Shown one piece after another: positions 28,654 to 37,327 of a stretch of DNA of 64,000 bases. The notes below the pieces were generated by a model. The model was not told the origin of the DNA. It made no database searches and worked only from the letters and a program-made list of their open reading frames with translations. The stretch is from Pseudobacteriovorax antillogorgiicola (GTDB taxonomy: Bacteria; Bdellovibrionota_B; Oligoflexia; Oligoflexales; RGVZ01): contig CAMDHM010000003.1 of assembly GCA_945898195.1 (NCBI GenBank), forward strand, positions 45,845 through 109,844, given 5' to 3'. The number at the start of each line of letters is the position of its first letter. Position 1 is the stretch's first letter. A program made the translations under genes and the position numbers.

Positions 28654-29766
28654 TTAGCCTCCGTGGGGCAGAGGCTTGTATTGGACTGGTTTGCCTTTCT
28701 GAAGCTCAGTTTCAGATTGCATGGGTTTTCCGTTCGGCAATGAATTCCATTGCTCTGCTTTTAGTTCCTTCGGGTTCAATGACGGGTTTTTAAGCGTCGC
28801 TTGTTCTGGGTCCATTTCTCGTTTGCGACACTTTTCAATTTTGTAGAGTTTTGAATAAAACGATACGATTTTGCCCTCCAATCCACGGCAGGCTTCGTCA
28901 ATCGGAATGATGTCAATAGGCTTGCTATGGTCGTATTGCCGGATGAACTCAACATCGATGGTGGATGGGATTTCAGGTCCTATTTGAAGTAAATCAAATT
29001 CGGCCTCGGAAAGAGAGATGATGTTTGCGCCGAGGCCAGATTTTCGGCCGATTTTTTTCTGCCAGGCCGTAAACGTTTCCCAGTCTGGAAATACCCTCTT
29101 TTTACACTTTTGAACGAGGTAAATGTCAACAAATGAGAAGGTTACAAATTTGCCTTCAAGTTGCTTGCAACCCAGTCGTCGTTTCTCGTTCCTATCTGCA
29201 ATCGGGTCACCGGCTGAAAGCGCGGCAATAATATCTGACTCAACTTCGGTGACGTTAACAGAGCCACGCATGATTTGAGTCATGGTTGCAGGATCTTGAA
29301 TAAGGCGTCTTTTGCATTTTTCGACATGGAAAATTTCGCTGTAATAGCTGATGTATTTGCCATCGAATTTCGCGCAGGCATTTTTACGTTCGGCGGCATT
29401 AATTGGGCGCAGTTTTGCTGGTTCTGAACGAGGAACCCTGATGATGGAGTCGTCGTTTTCGTCCGACGGGATCTGCTTGGTGGTCGTTTTTCCTGCCGCT
29501 CCTCCGCCCCTGTCAGTTCCAGGCATTGAAGGTGTGGTCCGTGATTCTGGAAAATCTCCGGCTTGTGGAGGCTGATATTCCGGCTCCGGTGGTTCAGGGG
29601 GCGGTGGCGGGTCGACTTGTGCCTCTTGGGGCATATCTTGTGCCAGGGCCACCGTTGGTTTCGTCCATATGGATGCCGTTGCAACCATCGTCAGGATAAG
29701 GGAACCCGAGGCCACGGCGAGCCGCAGACGGTGTCCCAAAATGTAAAAGCCCGTTTCCACAAACAT
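28654..29766 (-). CDS. Hypothetical secreted protein with Pro-rich N-terminus and three copies of a two-Cys module
   Basis: Signal/TM segment (LAVASGSLILTMVATASIW), then PPPPPEPPEPEYQPP. Three repeats of C-x3-[DE]GK[YFI][IV][ST][YF]-x7-[VI][EQ]KC[KR][KR]R follow. Confidence 0.55.
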   Translation of the reverse strand: MFVETGFYILGHRLRLAVASGSLILTMVATASIWTKPTVALAQDMPQEAQVDPPPPPEPPEPEYQPPQAGDFPESRTTPSMPGTDRGGGAAGKTTTKQIPSDENDDSIIRVPRSEPAKLRPINAAERKNACAKFDGKYISYYSEIFHVEKCKRRLIQDPATMTQIMRGSVNVTEVESDIIAALSAGDPIADRNEKRRLGCKQLEGKFVTFSFVDIYLVQKCKKRVFPDWETFTAWQKKIGRKSGLGANIISLSEAEFDLLQIGPEIPSTIDVEFIRQYDHSKPIDIIPIDEACRGLEGKIVSFYSKLYKIEKCRKREMDPEQATLKNPSLNPKELKAEQWNSLPNGKPMQSETELQKGKPVQYKPLPHGG

Positions 29767-29805
29767 TATTGTCGCGGAAACGGGCTACTTTTACAACGCA
29801 TGGCT

Positions 29806-30165
29806 TCAATGGGCGCGGTGTAACTTTTTACGTTTGTGTTTGGAAGCCTTGTGTTTGGAGGCCTTGTGTTTTGAAAGCCTATGCTTTTTCGACTTGGTAA
29901 TTTTGCATGAGGCACCTGACTTTACGGTGACATGCCGAGCAATTTTCGAATGACTCACAGCCGGAGCGCTATGGGTGACATATGAGGACGTGTTCGTTTT
30001 TTGAGCATGGTAGACGGATTCGACGCGCCTTCCAGAGTCGCTGCCGCTAATGGCGCTCCATGTTAGATAACCGGCGCCGCCAATGCCCAGGGCAGCCAGT
30101 GATCCAATCACTCCGGTTAAAATCATTTTTCTGGTTTTCGTTGCCGATCTTTTTCTGGTCGCCAT
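29806..30165 (-). CDS. Small single-pass membrane protein with Lys/His-rich tail
   Basis: ATG 30165 is preceded by AGGAG with a 5-nt spacer. Product: MATRKRSATKTRKMILTGVIGSLAALGIGGAGYLTW (TM helix) ... KHRLSKHKASKHKASKHKRKKLHRAH*. The ORF-track start at 30255 lacks an RBS. Confidence 0.45.
   Translation of the reverse strand: MATRKRSATKTRKMILTGVIGSLAALGIGGAGYLTWSAISGSDSGRRVESVYHAQKTNTSSYVTHSAPAVSHSKIARHVTVKSGASCKITKSKKHRLSKHKASKHKASKHKRKKLHRAH
29836..29880. repeat. Imperfect 3 x 15-bp tandem repeat encoding (S)KHKA units
   Basis: gtgtttggaagcctt / gtgtttggaggcctt / gtgttttgaaagcct, read directly from the sequence. Confidence 0.85.
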
Positions 30166-30292
30166 AAAATCTCCTGCTTTCTGCTTGAACCACCGCTTTT
30201 TCAACTCAACATCAACTCTTTTGGAAACGCCCACGATCAGAAACTCCTCACCCAAGGACTTTGTCCGAGGGGTGTCTTAAGGGAAGAGCATC

Positions 30293-30312
30293 GGGCGGGA
30301 CATCTCCCGCCC
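30293..30312. other. Perfect 8-bp GC-rich hairpin (GGGCGGGA-catc-TCCCGCCC) in a long intergenic region
   Basis: Read directly from the sequence. No U/T tract follows on either strand, so it does not look like a classical intrinsic terminator. Confidence 0.6.
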
Positions 30313-30608
30313 ACTTTCCCATTGAGCAAGCCTTGAGCCAACGGACTGAGGGCGTTGAGGGTTGCTGAGGATGGGGGGGTAATCTTAATGGTTTATAGTA
30401 ATAAATACGGGTACTTAATGTATTTATTTGGGATCAATAAGTTGGCTGTTGTTTCAGTTTTTGATGCATAGATTAAGGTGGCACTGGCAGAAGCAGGTGG
30501 CATGTGTCTAACAAATTGACAGGTTGGCGATGGCGGCAGCTTGGTTTAAGAACTTCCTCGACGAAGTTTCTTGCCACTGTGGAACGCCATCTTTGATCTG
30601 GGTATTTT

Positions 30609-32450
30609 ATGAATGCAGCCTCACATTTCGTTAACTTGCGTTCTTTTCTTGATGCCCTCCGGGTTCGTGGTGATCTGGTTGAGATAGATGTCGAAGTTGA
30701 TGCTTGCTTGGAAATTCCAGAAATCCACCGGCGTGTGATTGCGGCCGGTGGTCCCGCATTGTTGTTTAAAAACGTCAAAGGAAAAAAATTTCCACTCGTG
30801 TGCAATATGTTTGGCAGTCGCCAGCGCGTGGATCTCGCTTTTGGTGAAGAAGCTAAAGATTTCGTACGCCGCATAGCGGCATTGCCGGAAGAACTTTTGC
30901 CTCCGTCTATCCGGAAACTGTGGGGGTTGCGCGACCTTGGCCTACGTGCGGCAAAAATTGGCTTTAAGAATACTTCGCGTGCTCCGGTTCTTGCCCACCA
31001 GATCCCAGGTGCTGATTTGACCCAGCTTCCGGCAACGACGAGTTGGCAGAAAGACGGCGGTCCTTTTTTGACTCTTCCACTCGTTCATACGCGAGGCCCA
31101 GCGGGGCCTGGCTGCTTGGGCGGAAAACCGGAAAACCTTGGTATGTACCGCGTTCAGATTTTTGAATCGGGCGAAGCCGGAATGCATTTTCAGATTGGCA
31201 AGGGCGGGGGATTTCACCTTCACGAGGCTGAGCGCATTGGCAAGGCATTGCCCGTTAATATTTACCTGGGTGGCCCGCCGGCGATGATGCTTTCCGCCAT
31301 TGCCCCCCTTCCAGAGAATGTCCCTGAATTGTTGCTGGCGTCCTTACTCCAAAATTCCAAACTGCGTCGCTGTAAGCTTCCAGTCCAGCCAGAGATCACA
31401 GGTGTGGCGGAGGCCGAATTTTGTTTGGCTGGATATGTTCCCCCAGGTGTTCGTCGTCCAGAAGGCCCATTCGGTGATCATTATGGTTATTACTCTTTGG
31501 TCCATGATTTTCCGGTTTTTCGTCCCAAAGCGATTTATCATCGGGATGGGGCCATTTTTCCCTGCACTGTTGTTGGAAAACCGCGCCAGGAAGATTTCTA
31601 CCTGGGCGATTATTTGACGGAGCTGCTGTCGCCACTTTTTCCGGTGGTGATGCCGGCGGTGCGTGATTTATGGAGCTATGGCGAAGCAGGCTATCATGCA
31701 CTGGCCTCCGCCGTGATTCGTGAGCGTTATGGCCGAGAATCCTTGTCCTCTGTTTTTCGTATTCTTGGCGAAGGCCAATTGGCTCTGACTAAATTTCTAT
31801 TTGCGGTCGACAAGCCAATACCATTGCGGGATTTTTCCAAGGTCCTCATCCATGTGCTTGAACGAGTCGACTGGCGCAGGGATCTTCTAATCTTCTCTGA
31901 AACATCGATGGATACTTTAGATTATGCAGGGCCAGAATTAAACAAAGGCAGCAAGGGCGTAATCCTTGGCCTCGGCGAGGCCATTCGAAAATTGCCCGGG
32001 GAATGGCACGGAACAGTCTCGGATAACCGGATTCGCGACGTTCGGGTATTTTGTCCGGGATGTCTGGTGGTGGAAGTTCCTGACTATAAAAACGCCCCAG
32101 ATATTGGGGCTGCGATCTCTGCATTACCTGAATTTAAAGACTGGCCGTTGATTGTTGCTGTCGACAATGCAGTCCGCGCAACGCGCAATGAGCCTAGTTT
32201 TATATGGACGGCATTCACTCGGTTTAATCCACAAACCGATTTATATGCAGCTAAGACTAATCTTGGGCGCAATCGGGTCGAATACCAAGGGCCGGTGCTG
32301 CTCGACGCACGGATGAAACCTTGGTATCCCGAAGAACTTTTTTGCGACGAAAAAACGTCGAAGAAAGTCGACCGGCGCTGGTCCGAGTATTTTCCAGGGG
32401 GTAAAGTGGTCATGGGCGACAGCACCGAGGCCGACTTGGCCAAGTGGTGA
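30609..32450 (+). CDS. UbiD-family (prenylated-FMN-dependent) decarboxylase
   Basis: 613 aa. LRSFLDALRVRGDLVEIDVEVD...EIPEI.RRV...GGPALLF.NVKG, TLPLV.T..P, GMYR.Q and GGPP are typical UbiD family blocks. Confidence 0.85.
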   Translation: MNAASHFVNLRSFLDALRVRGDLVEIDVEVDACLEIPEIHRRVIAAGGPALLFKNVKGKKFPLVCNMFGSRQRVDLAFGEEAKDFVRRIAALPEELLPPSIRKLWGLRDLGLRAAKIGFKNTSRAPVLAHQIPGADLTQLPATTSWQKDGGPFLTLPLVHTRGPAGPGCLGGKPENLGMYRVQIFESGEAGMHFQIGKGGGFHLHEAERIGKALPVNIYLGGPPAMMLSAIAPLPENVPELLLASLLQNSKLRRCKLPVQPEITGVAEAEFCLAGYVPPGVRRPEGPFGDHYGYYSLVHDFPVFRPKAIYHRDGAIFPCTVVGKPRQEDFYLGDYLTELLSPLFPVVMPAVRDLWSYGEAGYHALASAVIRERYGRESLSSVFRILGEGQLALTKFLFAVDKPIPLRDFSKVLIHVLERVDWRRDLLIFSETSMDTLDYAGPELNKGSKGVILGLGEAIRKLPGEWHGTVSDNRIRDVRVFCPGCLVVEVPDYKNAPDIGAAISALPEFKDWPLIVAVDNAVRATRNEPSFIWTAFTRFNPQTDLYAAKTNLGRNRVEYQGPVLLDARMKPWYPEELFCDEKTSKKVDRRWSEYFPGGKVVMGDSTEADLAKW

Positions 32451-32462
32451 TGCCGCGCCTAG

Positions 32463-33344
32463 CTAAACCTGTTCAATTCCTGCGAGTTGCCAGCCAGCGG
32501 TTCCCGGAGCTTTTACGAACGTCCAGTTTTCTTCAAATTTAACCGGCACCGAATCGCTTCCCGCAACGAGTTGGCCTGTCTGTTCATGGGTTGTGTAATC
32601 TAAAAGGTTCGCGGTAAATCTAACCGACGAATAGTCCCTATTTTCTTCCTGCCAGCTGTTTATTACCTCAGCCCGTCGGACCGAAATATTTTCAAGGCGA
32701 TTGATCTGTTGGTTTTGCTTGAGCTCGGCGAGATCACGCTCCAAAACATTTTTAATGTCGTGGTCTAGAAAATCTTTGACAGATGTTAGGTCGCGTCTTG
32801 TCCATGCGCCTTGTACTTTAAAAAACATATCCGACGCCACTTCAGAGTCAATGCCCTCTGGCGGAAGCGCGTGGTATTGATTCATCATCGGGCTTTCGGT
32901 GCGTGCGCCAATGTTTGATTGCGAACGGTTTTTCCACCAACGAAATCCAAAGTAAGCCAAACCAGCAATCATTATGATCTGAATGAGACCAGGCCCGCCG
33001 CCGCCGCCGCCGCCAAAACCACCTGCGTTGCCTAACGAACTAAAAAGCATGCTTCCGAGAAAGCCACCAGCTAATCCCCCGGCCATGTTGCGCAGAAAGC
33101 CGCCGCCTCCCGCTGCAGCTGGAGCGGCTTGGGATGGTGCGGAATCGGGCTTGTTATATGGTCTGGATGATCCTTGAGAAGGCTGAGATGAATTCGGTCG
33201 TGAACCAAAACCAGAGGAACGACCGCTCGATCTGCCGCCGCCGGCTCGTGCATCAGCAGGCGTGGAACCTAATTCAACCAACCCCACGATAAAAAATAAG
33301 ACAGCAAAAGTCCGCATGCACCAATTTTTGTTAAGTCTAAGCAT
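32463..33344 (-). CDS. Tim44-like domain protein with Gly/Ser-rich N-terminal region
   Basis: Signal/TM segment, low-complexity GGGRSSGRSSGFG...GGGGGGG, a TM helix (IQIIMIAGLAYFGFRWW), then a C-terminal region of about 150 aa (FFKVQGAWTRRDLTSVKDFL...VRFTANLLDYT...NWTFVK) matching the Tim44-like fold pattern. Confidence 0.65.
   Translation of the reverse strand: MLRLNKNWCMRTFAVLFFIVGLVELGSTPADARAGGGRSSGRSSGFGSRPNSSQPSQGSSRPYNKPDSAPSQAAPAAAGGGGFLRNMAGGLAGGFLGSMLFSSLGNAGGFGGGGGGGPGLIQIIMIAGLAYFGFRWWKNRSQSNIGARTESPMMNQYHALPPEGIDSEVASDMFFKVQGAWTRRDLTSVKDFLDHDIKNVLERDLAELKQNQQINRLENISVRRAEVINSWQEENRDYSSVRFTANLLDYTTHEQTGQLVAGSDSVPVKFEENWTFVKAPGTAGWQLAGIEQV
32995..33014. repeat. (CCG)6 trinucleotide tract (encodes poly-Gly on the minus strand)
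   Basis: ccgccgccgccgccgccgcc read directly; lies inside 32463-33344. Confidence 0.9.
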
Positions 33345-33453
33345 GTCGATTCTCCCCGAGGTTCAGCGTTGATTGCAGCTTTTAATGTTGCACGATAGTT
33401 CGGTGACTACCACTCAATTCACGGTATCTGGTCATGCTCTCGATATGAATGGC

Positions 33454-36400
33454 TCAGGTGGCGAAATATCGAGCCTGCGGATGCCAGGCCACAATGGCGC
33501 AAGTGGATTGCTCTGGTACCATCTGGAAGTTTTCCGTCAGATGGACAGCAATCTGACGTGTCGCATCAAGGCACTTGAATAGGCGACCGTTGTCTTCCAA
33601 ATCTGGACACGCCGGATATCCGAAGCTGTAACGAGATCCCTGATACCCCTGACTGAACAGTTGACGAATGTTGCGAGAATCGCGTGTGTGGACTTTGAGC
33701 TCTTTACGAATTAGAGCATGCAGCCACTCGGCGTAGGCCTCAGCCATTTCCGTTCCAAGACCGTGAAAATAGAAATAATCAGAATATTGATTTTTGGAAT
33801 AAAGGTTGTTGGCGAAATGACTGGCTGCAGGTCCCATCGTGACAACTTGCATCGCAATCACGTCACGCTGACCCGACGAGACCGGCGTATAGAAATCCGA
33901 GATACAGAGCCGGCGGGCAGAACGTTGGCGTGGAAAATCAAAGGTGGTGATGATCTTTTCGCTGTCTGGGGCTTCGTAAACGTGCAGCTTCGTGCCTTCG
34001 GCAGCGCATGAAAAGTAACCGTAAACGGCCTTCGGTTCTAGGAGTTTTTCGCGTTCTGCGCGGGCACGCCAGGTGTTTAATAGTGGCCGTGCCTTGGATT
34101 CTAAAACATTTTTGAATTGTTCGTCGGACAGTTCGCCTTTGGCAAACTGCCAACGCGTGCGAACGAGCGCGAACTCGTCGAGGTAAGTGAACAGGGTCGA
34201 CAGGGGAGTTTCAAGGACCTTGGTTCCCCAAAAAGGCGGTGCTGGTATTTGTTTGAAGCGCCGAACCCAAGACGATTGACCGTCAGCGCACAGCTCTGTT
34301 GCCGTAGATCCGCGGCGCACGGCCCGCACGCGGGGCCGAGCTGGTGCCGCTTCGGTCACGTTTTTGAGGGCATCCATTTTAACGGAACCAACGCGAGTTG
34401 CGCTGCTTCCTTCAGGTTCAGCGGCACCATTGCCGGTGATCTGCGCCATGATGCGGAGGCCCTCAAAGGCGTCCGATGCATAATAAACTTTGCCGCCGTA
34501 TCCGGCTTGGCATTCCTCTTCAACAAACTGGCGCGTGAGGGCGGCGCCACCAAGAATGACGGGCACAGTGATGTTACGGTGGGTCATCTCTTCGAGATCG
34601 GTGCGCATGATGGCTGTCGATTTGACGAGAAGCCCAGACAGTCCAATCGCATCCGGTTTGACCTCATGATACTTCTGCAAAATAGCTTCAATCGGCTGCT
34701 TGATGCCAATATTGACTACGTCAAACCCGTTGTTGGTCAAAATGATGTCGACGAGGTTTTTACCAATGTCGTGCACATCGCCTTTGACAGTCGCCAGAAG
34801 AATCTTGCCTTTTTTCTGTCCTGACTCGTTCTTGTCCATGAATGGCTCAAGGTGGCCAACGGCAGCTTTCATGGCCTCGGCAGACTCCAAGACAAAGGGA
34901 AGTTGCATTTCGCCGGCGCCGAATTTTTCGCCGACCACACGCATACCTTCCAGCAAGAAGTTATTGATGATGTCGAGCGGGCGATATTCTTTGAGGGCCA
35001 AAGTTAGTGTCGGGATAATTTCGAGTTTTTCGCCGTCAATAATGTGATTGGCCAGACGCTGTGGCAGCGGCATCTTCTCGGCTTCAGAAGGATCGACCCG
35101 TCGCATAGCTTTTTTGTCTGTATAACGTGCTAGAAGTTCTTTTAACGGGTCGTATCCAGGGGCAACGCGGTCAAAAATCAAATCGTCGAATATTTTGCGC
35201 TCGTCCGGGGGAATTTTAAAAACCGGCATGATTTTTGAAGCGTTCGATATGGCTAAATCCAAGCCGTATTCGACGGCATGATAAAGCATTACGCTGTTAA
35301 GCAGTCGGCGCGGATAAGGGTTTAAACCAAAGCTGACGTTAGACAAGCCAAGAATCGTTTTGACACCTGGCATGGCCTCTTTAATCATCCGGATCGCTTC
35401 GAGCGTTTCGATCGCGCTTTTGCGAAATTCCTGATCGCCGGACCCAAGGGTGAAAGTGAGTGGGTCGAAGATGATGTCGCCTGGCTTTAGACCAAAATCA
35501 TCGTGCGCGATATGGTATATGCGTTTGGCAATGGCGAGCTTTTTCTCGCGAGTTTTAGCCATGCCGTCTTCGTCGATGGTTAGGGCCACGACGGCCGCGC
35601 CGTAGGTGCGACAGAGCTCCAGCACCTGGCGAGCGCGATCCTCGCCATCCTCGAGGTTAATGGAGTTGACGATCGCCTTGCCGGGAATGATCTTTAGCGA
35701 TTCTTCGATAACGGGAACTTCTGTCGAGTCCACCATGATTGGAATATTAACCTGCGTCACGGTGCGTTGCAGGAACTCGCGCATGTCGATAACTTCGTTG
35801 CGCGAGACATACGCCGTGCAACAGTCCAGGATGTGCGCGCCTTCTTTGAGTTGGCTTTTAGCAATCTGAACAAGGCCGTCGTAGTCGTTGTTTTTTAATT
35901 TATCGCGAAAAAGTTTTGAACCGTTGGCGTTGGTGCGCTCGCCAACATAAAGTGGGCGTACGTCAATATCAAGGCTTTGAGCGTTGTAAAGTGACGATAC
36001 CGCATTCTCGTAGCGCGGCTCTCGGGCTCCTAGTTGCCGGTCGGATAGGGCTGAACTAAGGGCTCGGATGTGATCTGGTGTGGTGCCGCAGCAGCCGCCG
36101 ACGATGTTAACACCATGGTTACGTGCAAGGCCCGCAACTTTTTCAGCGAACTTATCTGGTCCGAGTGGATAAACAGTCTGGCCGCGGACGTTTTCGGGCA
36201 GTCCTGCGTTGGGCAGGCAACTCAATAGAAATGGTGCAGACTGGCTAAGGTACTGCAAATGATTGCGCATCTCGTCCGGGCCAGTGGCGCAGTTGAGGCC
36301 GATGCTGGCAAGGGGGAACATTTCAAGTGTGGCAAGGGCCGACTGAATATCGCTGCCAACCAGTAGACTTCCCGTTAATTCGACCGTGACTTGCGCCATG

Positions 36401-36999
36401 ATTGGAAGTTCGAGTTTTCTTTCGAGCATGGCTTCGCGGCACGCGCGGATGGCAATTTTGATTTGCTGGATGTCTTGGGCGGTTTCAATGAGCAGTACGT
36501 CAGAGCCACCATCGATCAAGCCAAGGGCTTGTGCGCGGTAACTTTTTAGCATTGTGTCGTAGTCGACGTGGCCGAGTGTGATCAGTTTCGTGCCGGGTCC
36601 AATGGAACCAATGACATAGGTTGGCCGCGAAGTGTAACTGTCGCAGACCTCTCGGGCAAGTTGGGCAGCCGTGACATTTAATTCGTAGGTGCGTTCGGGG
36701 ATTCCGTATTCCGCCAGTACGATTTCGTTTGAACCAAACGTATTCGTCTCAATTCCATCCGCGCCAGCGTCAAGATAGGCCGCATGAATTTCCCGAATCC
36801 AGTTCGGACGGGTGGCGCAAAGGATTTCATTGCAACCTTCGAATATTGCCCCGCCGAAGTCGTCAGGTGACGGATCACGCACCTGCAACTGTGTGCCCAT
36901 GCCGCCGTCGAGGAACATGATTTGGCGTTTCGCTAACTCAAAAAAGCCAGGATGTTTGCCGCGATTGCCATTATCGGATTTTAGAATTATTTTTGACAA
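33454..36999 (-). CDS. metH: Cobalamin-dependent methionine synthase MetH
   Basis: 1181 aa with all modules. Hcy-binding (FLDGGMGTQL, GGCCGTTP), pterin-binding, B12-binding cap plus DxHxxG (GDVHDIGKN), and the AdoMet reactivation domain (RYSFGYPACPDLED). Confidence 0.95.
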   Translation of the reverse strand: MSKIILKSDNGNRGKHPGFFELAKRQIMFLDGGMGTQLQVRDPSPDDFGGAIFEGCNEILCATRPNWIREIHAAYLDAGADGIETNTFGSNEIVLAEYGIPERTYELNVTAAQLAREVCDSYTSRPTYVIGSIGPGTKLITLGHVDYDTMLKSYRAQALGLIDGGSDVLLIETAQDIQQIKIAIRACREAMLERKLELPIMAQVTVELTGSLLVGSDIQSALATLEMFPLASIGLNCATGPDEMRNHLQYLSQSAPFLLSCLPNAGLPENVRGQTVYPLGPDKFAEKVAGLARNHGVNIVGGCCGTTPDHIRALSSALSDRQLGAREPRYENAVSSLYNAQSLDIDVRPLYVGERTNANGSKLFRDKLKNNDYDGLVQIAKSQLKEGAHILDCCTAYVSRNEVIDMREFLQRTVTQVNIPIMVDSTEVPVIEESLKIIPGKAIVNSINLEDGEDRARQVLELCRTYGAAVVALTIDEDGMAKTREKKLAIAKRIYHIAHDDFGLKPGDIIFDPLTFTLGSGDQEFRKSAIETLEAIRMIKEAMPGVKTILGLSNVSFGLNPYPRRLLNSVMLYHAVEYGLDLAISNASKIMPVFKIPPDERKIFDDLIFDRVAPGYDPLKELLARYTDKKAMRRVDPSEAEKMPLPQRLANHIIDGEKLEIIPTLTLALKEYRPLDIINNFLLEGMRVVGEKFGAGEMQLPFVLESAEAMKAAVGHLEPFMDKNESGQKKGKILLATVKGDVHDIGKNLVDIILTNNGFDVVNIGIKQPIEAILQKYHEVKPDAIGLSGLLVKSTAIMRTDLEEMTHRNITVPVILGGAALTRQFVEEECQAGYGGKVYYASDAFEGLRIMAQITGNGAAEPEGSSATRVGSVKMDALKNVTEAAPARPRVRAVRRGSTATELCADGQSSWVRRFKQIPAPPFWGTKVLETPLSTLFTYLDEFALVRTRWQFAKGELSDEQFKNVLESKARPLLNTWRARAEREKLLEPKAVYGYFSCAAEGTKLHVYEAPDSEKIITTFDFPRQRSARRLCISDFYTPVSSGQRDVIAMQVVTMGPAASHFANNLYSKNQYSDYFYFHGLGTEMAEAYAEWLHALIRKELKVHTRDSRNIRQLFSQGYQGSRYSFGYPACPDLEDNGRLFKCLDATRQIAVHLTENFQMVPEQSTCAIVAWHPQARYFAT

Positions 37000-37005
37000 G
37001 ATCCC

Positions 37006-37305
37006 TCAGTCCTCCAGATCGTCGAGGCCGACATAGCGGATCTTGCAATCGCCGTTGATTTTAAGTTGGCAGCCAAGGCGTTCATGCTCATGGGCGCCGA
37101 AGCCTTGAAGGAAATCTTTTTCCTCAGTCGCGGCGGGCGACAGGTTTTCCATTCCGGAGACCACGCGGACCCGGCAGGTGCCACAGCTGCCAGATTTGCA
37201 GCCGAAAGTGATGTCACAGTCGACTTCAGCGGCAACGTCGAGCAAGGAAATACCTTCGTCGACGTCAACTTCAAGGTCTTCAGATGTAAAATAGATCAGT
37301 GCCAT
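37006..37305 (-). CDS. Plant-type [2Fe-2S] ferredoxin
   Basis: 99 aa from ATG 37305. The Cys pattern CKSGSCGTCRVRV...LGCQ (C-x4-C-x2-C-x~29-C) is present. The stop lies 6 nt before the metH start. Confidence 0.8.
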   Translation of the reverse strand: MALIYFTSEDLEVDVDEGISLLDVAAEVDCDITFGCKSGSCGTCRVRVVSGMENLSPAATEEKDFLQGFGAHEHERLGCQLKINGDCKIRYVGLDDLED

Positions 37306-37327
37306 GGGCAGGAACCTAATGCAAAAC

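Noticed and set aside
30293-30312. The perfect GC hairpin as a rho-independent terminator.
   Set aside because: No T/U-rich tract follows on either strand. No convergent or upstream gene ends nearby: both flanking genes point away from the spacer.
30473-30874. 133-aa minus-strand ORF spanning the ubiD start region.
   Set aside because: Its 5' portion (30609-30874) is antisense to the conserved UbiD N-terminus, and the product is basic and low-complexity (RRTKSLASSPKARSTRWR...). There is no RBS or family motif. The non-overlapping part is treated as intergenic in the finding on 30166-30608.
34117-34824. Long antisense ORFs inside confident genes. Examples are 34117-34824 (+, in metH), 42631-43338 (-, in tamB), 17759-18304 (+, in the CNNM gene), 7874-8401 (+, in the TPR gene), 506-997 (-, in tolB) and 26276-26710 (+, in clpA).
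   Set aside because: All lie opposite strongly supported CDS. Their compositions are Arg/Ser/Pro/Gly-rich, as expected for shadow frames at about 50% GC. None shows a recognisable motif.
37000-37005. A cobalamin riboswitch or other leader upstream of metH.
   Set aside because: Only 6 nt separate metH from the ferredoxin gene, and only 22 nt separate the ferredoxin gene from maf. There is no room for a structured leader. Any regulation must act upstream of maf or post-transcriptionally.
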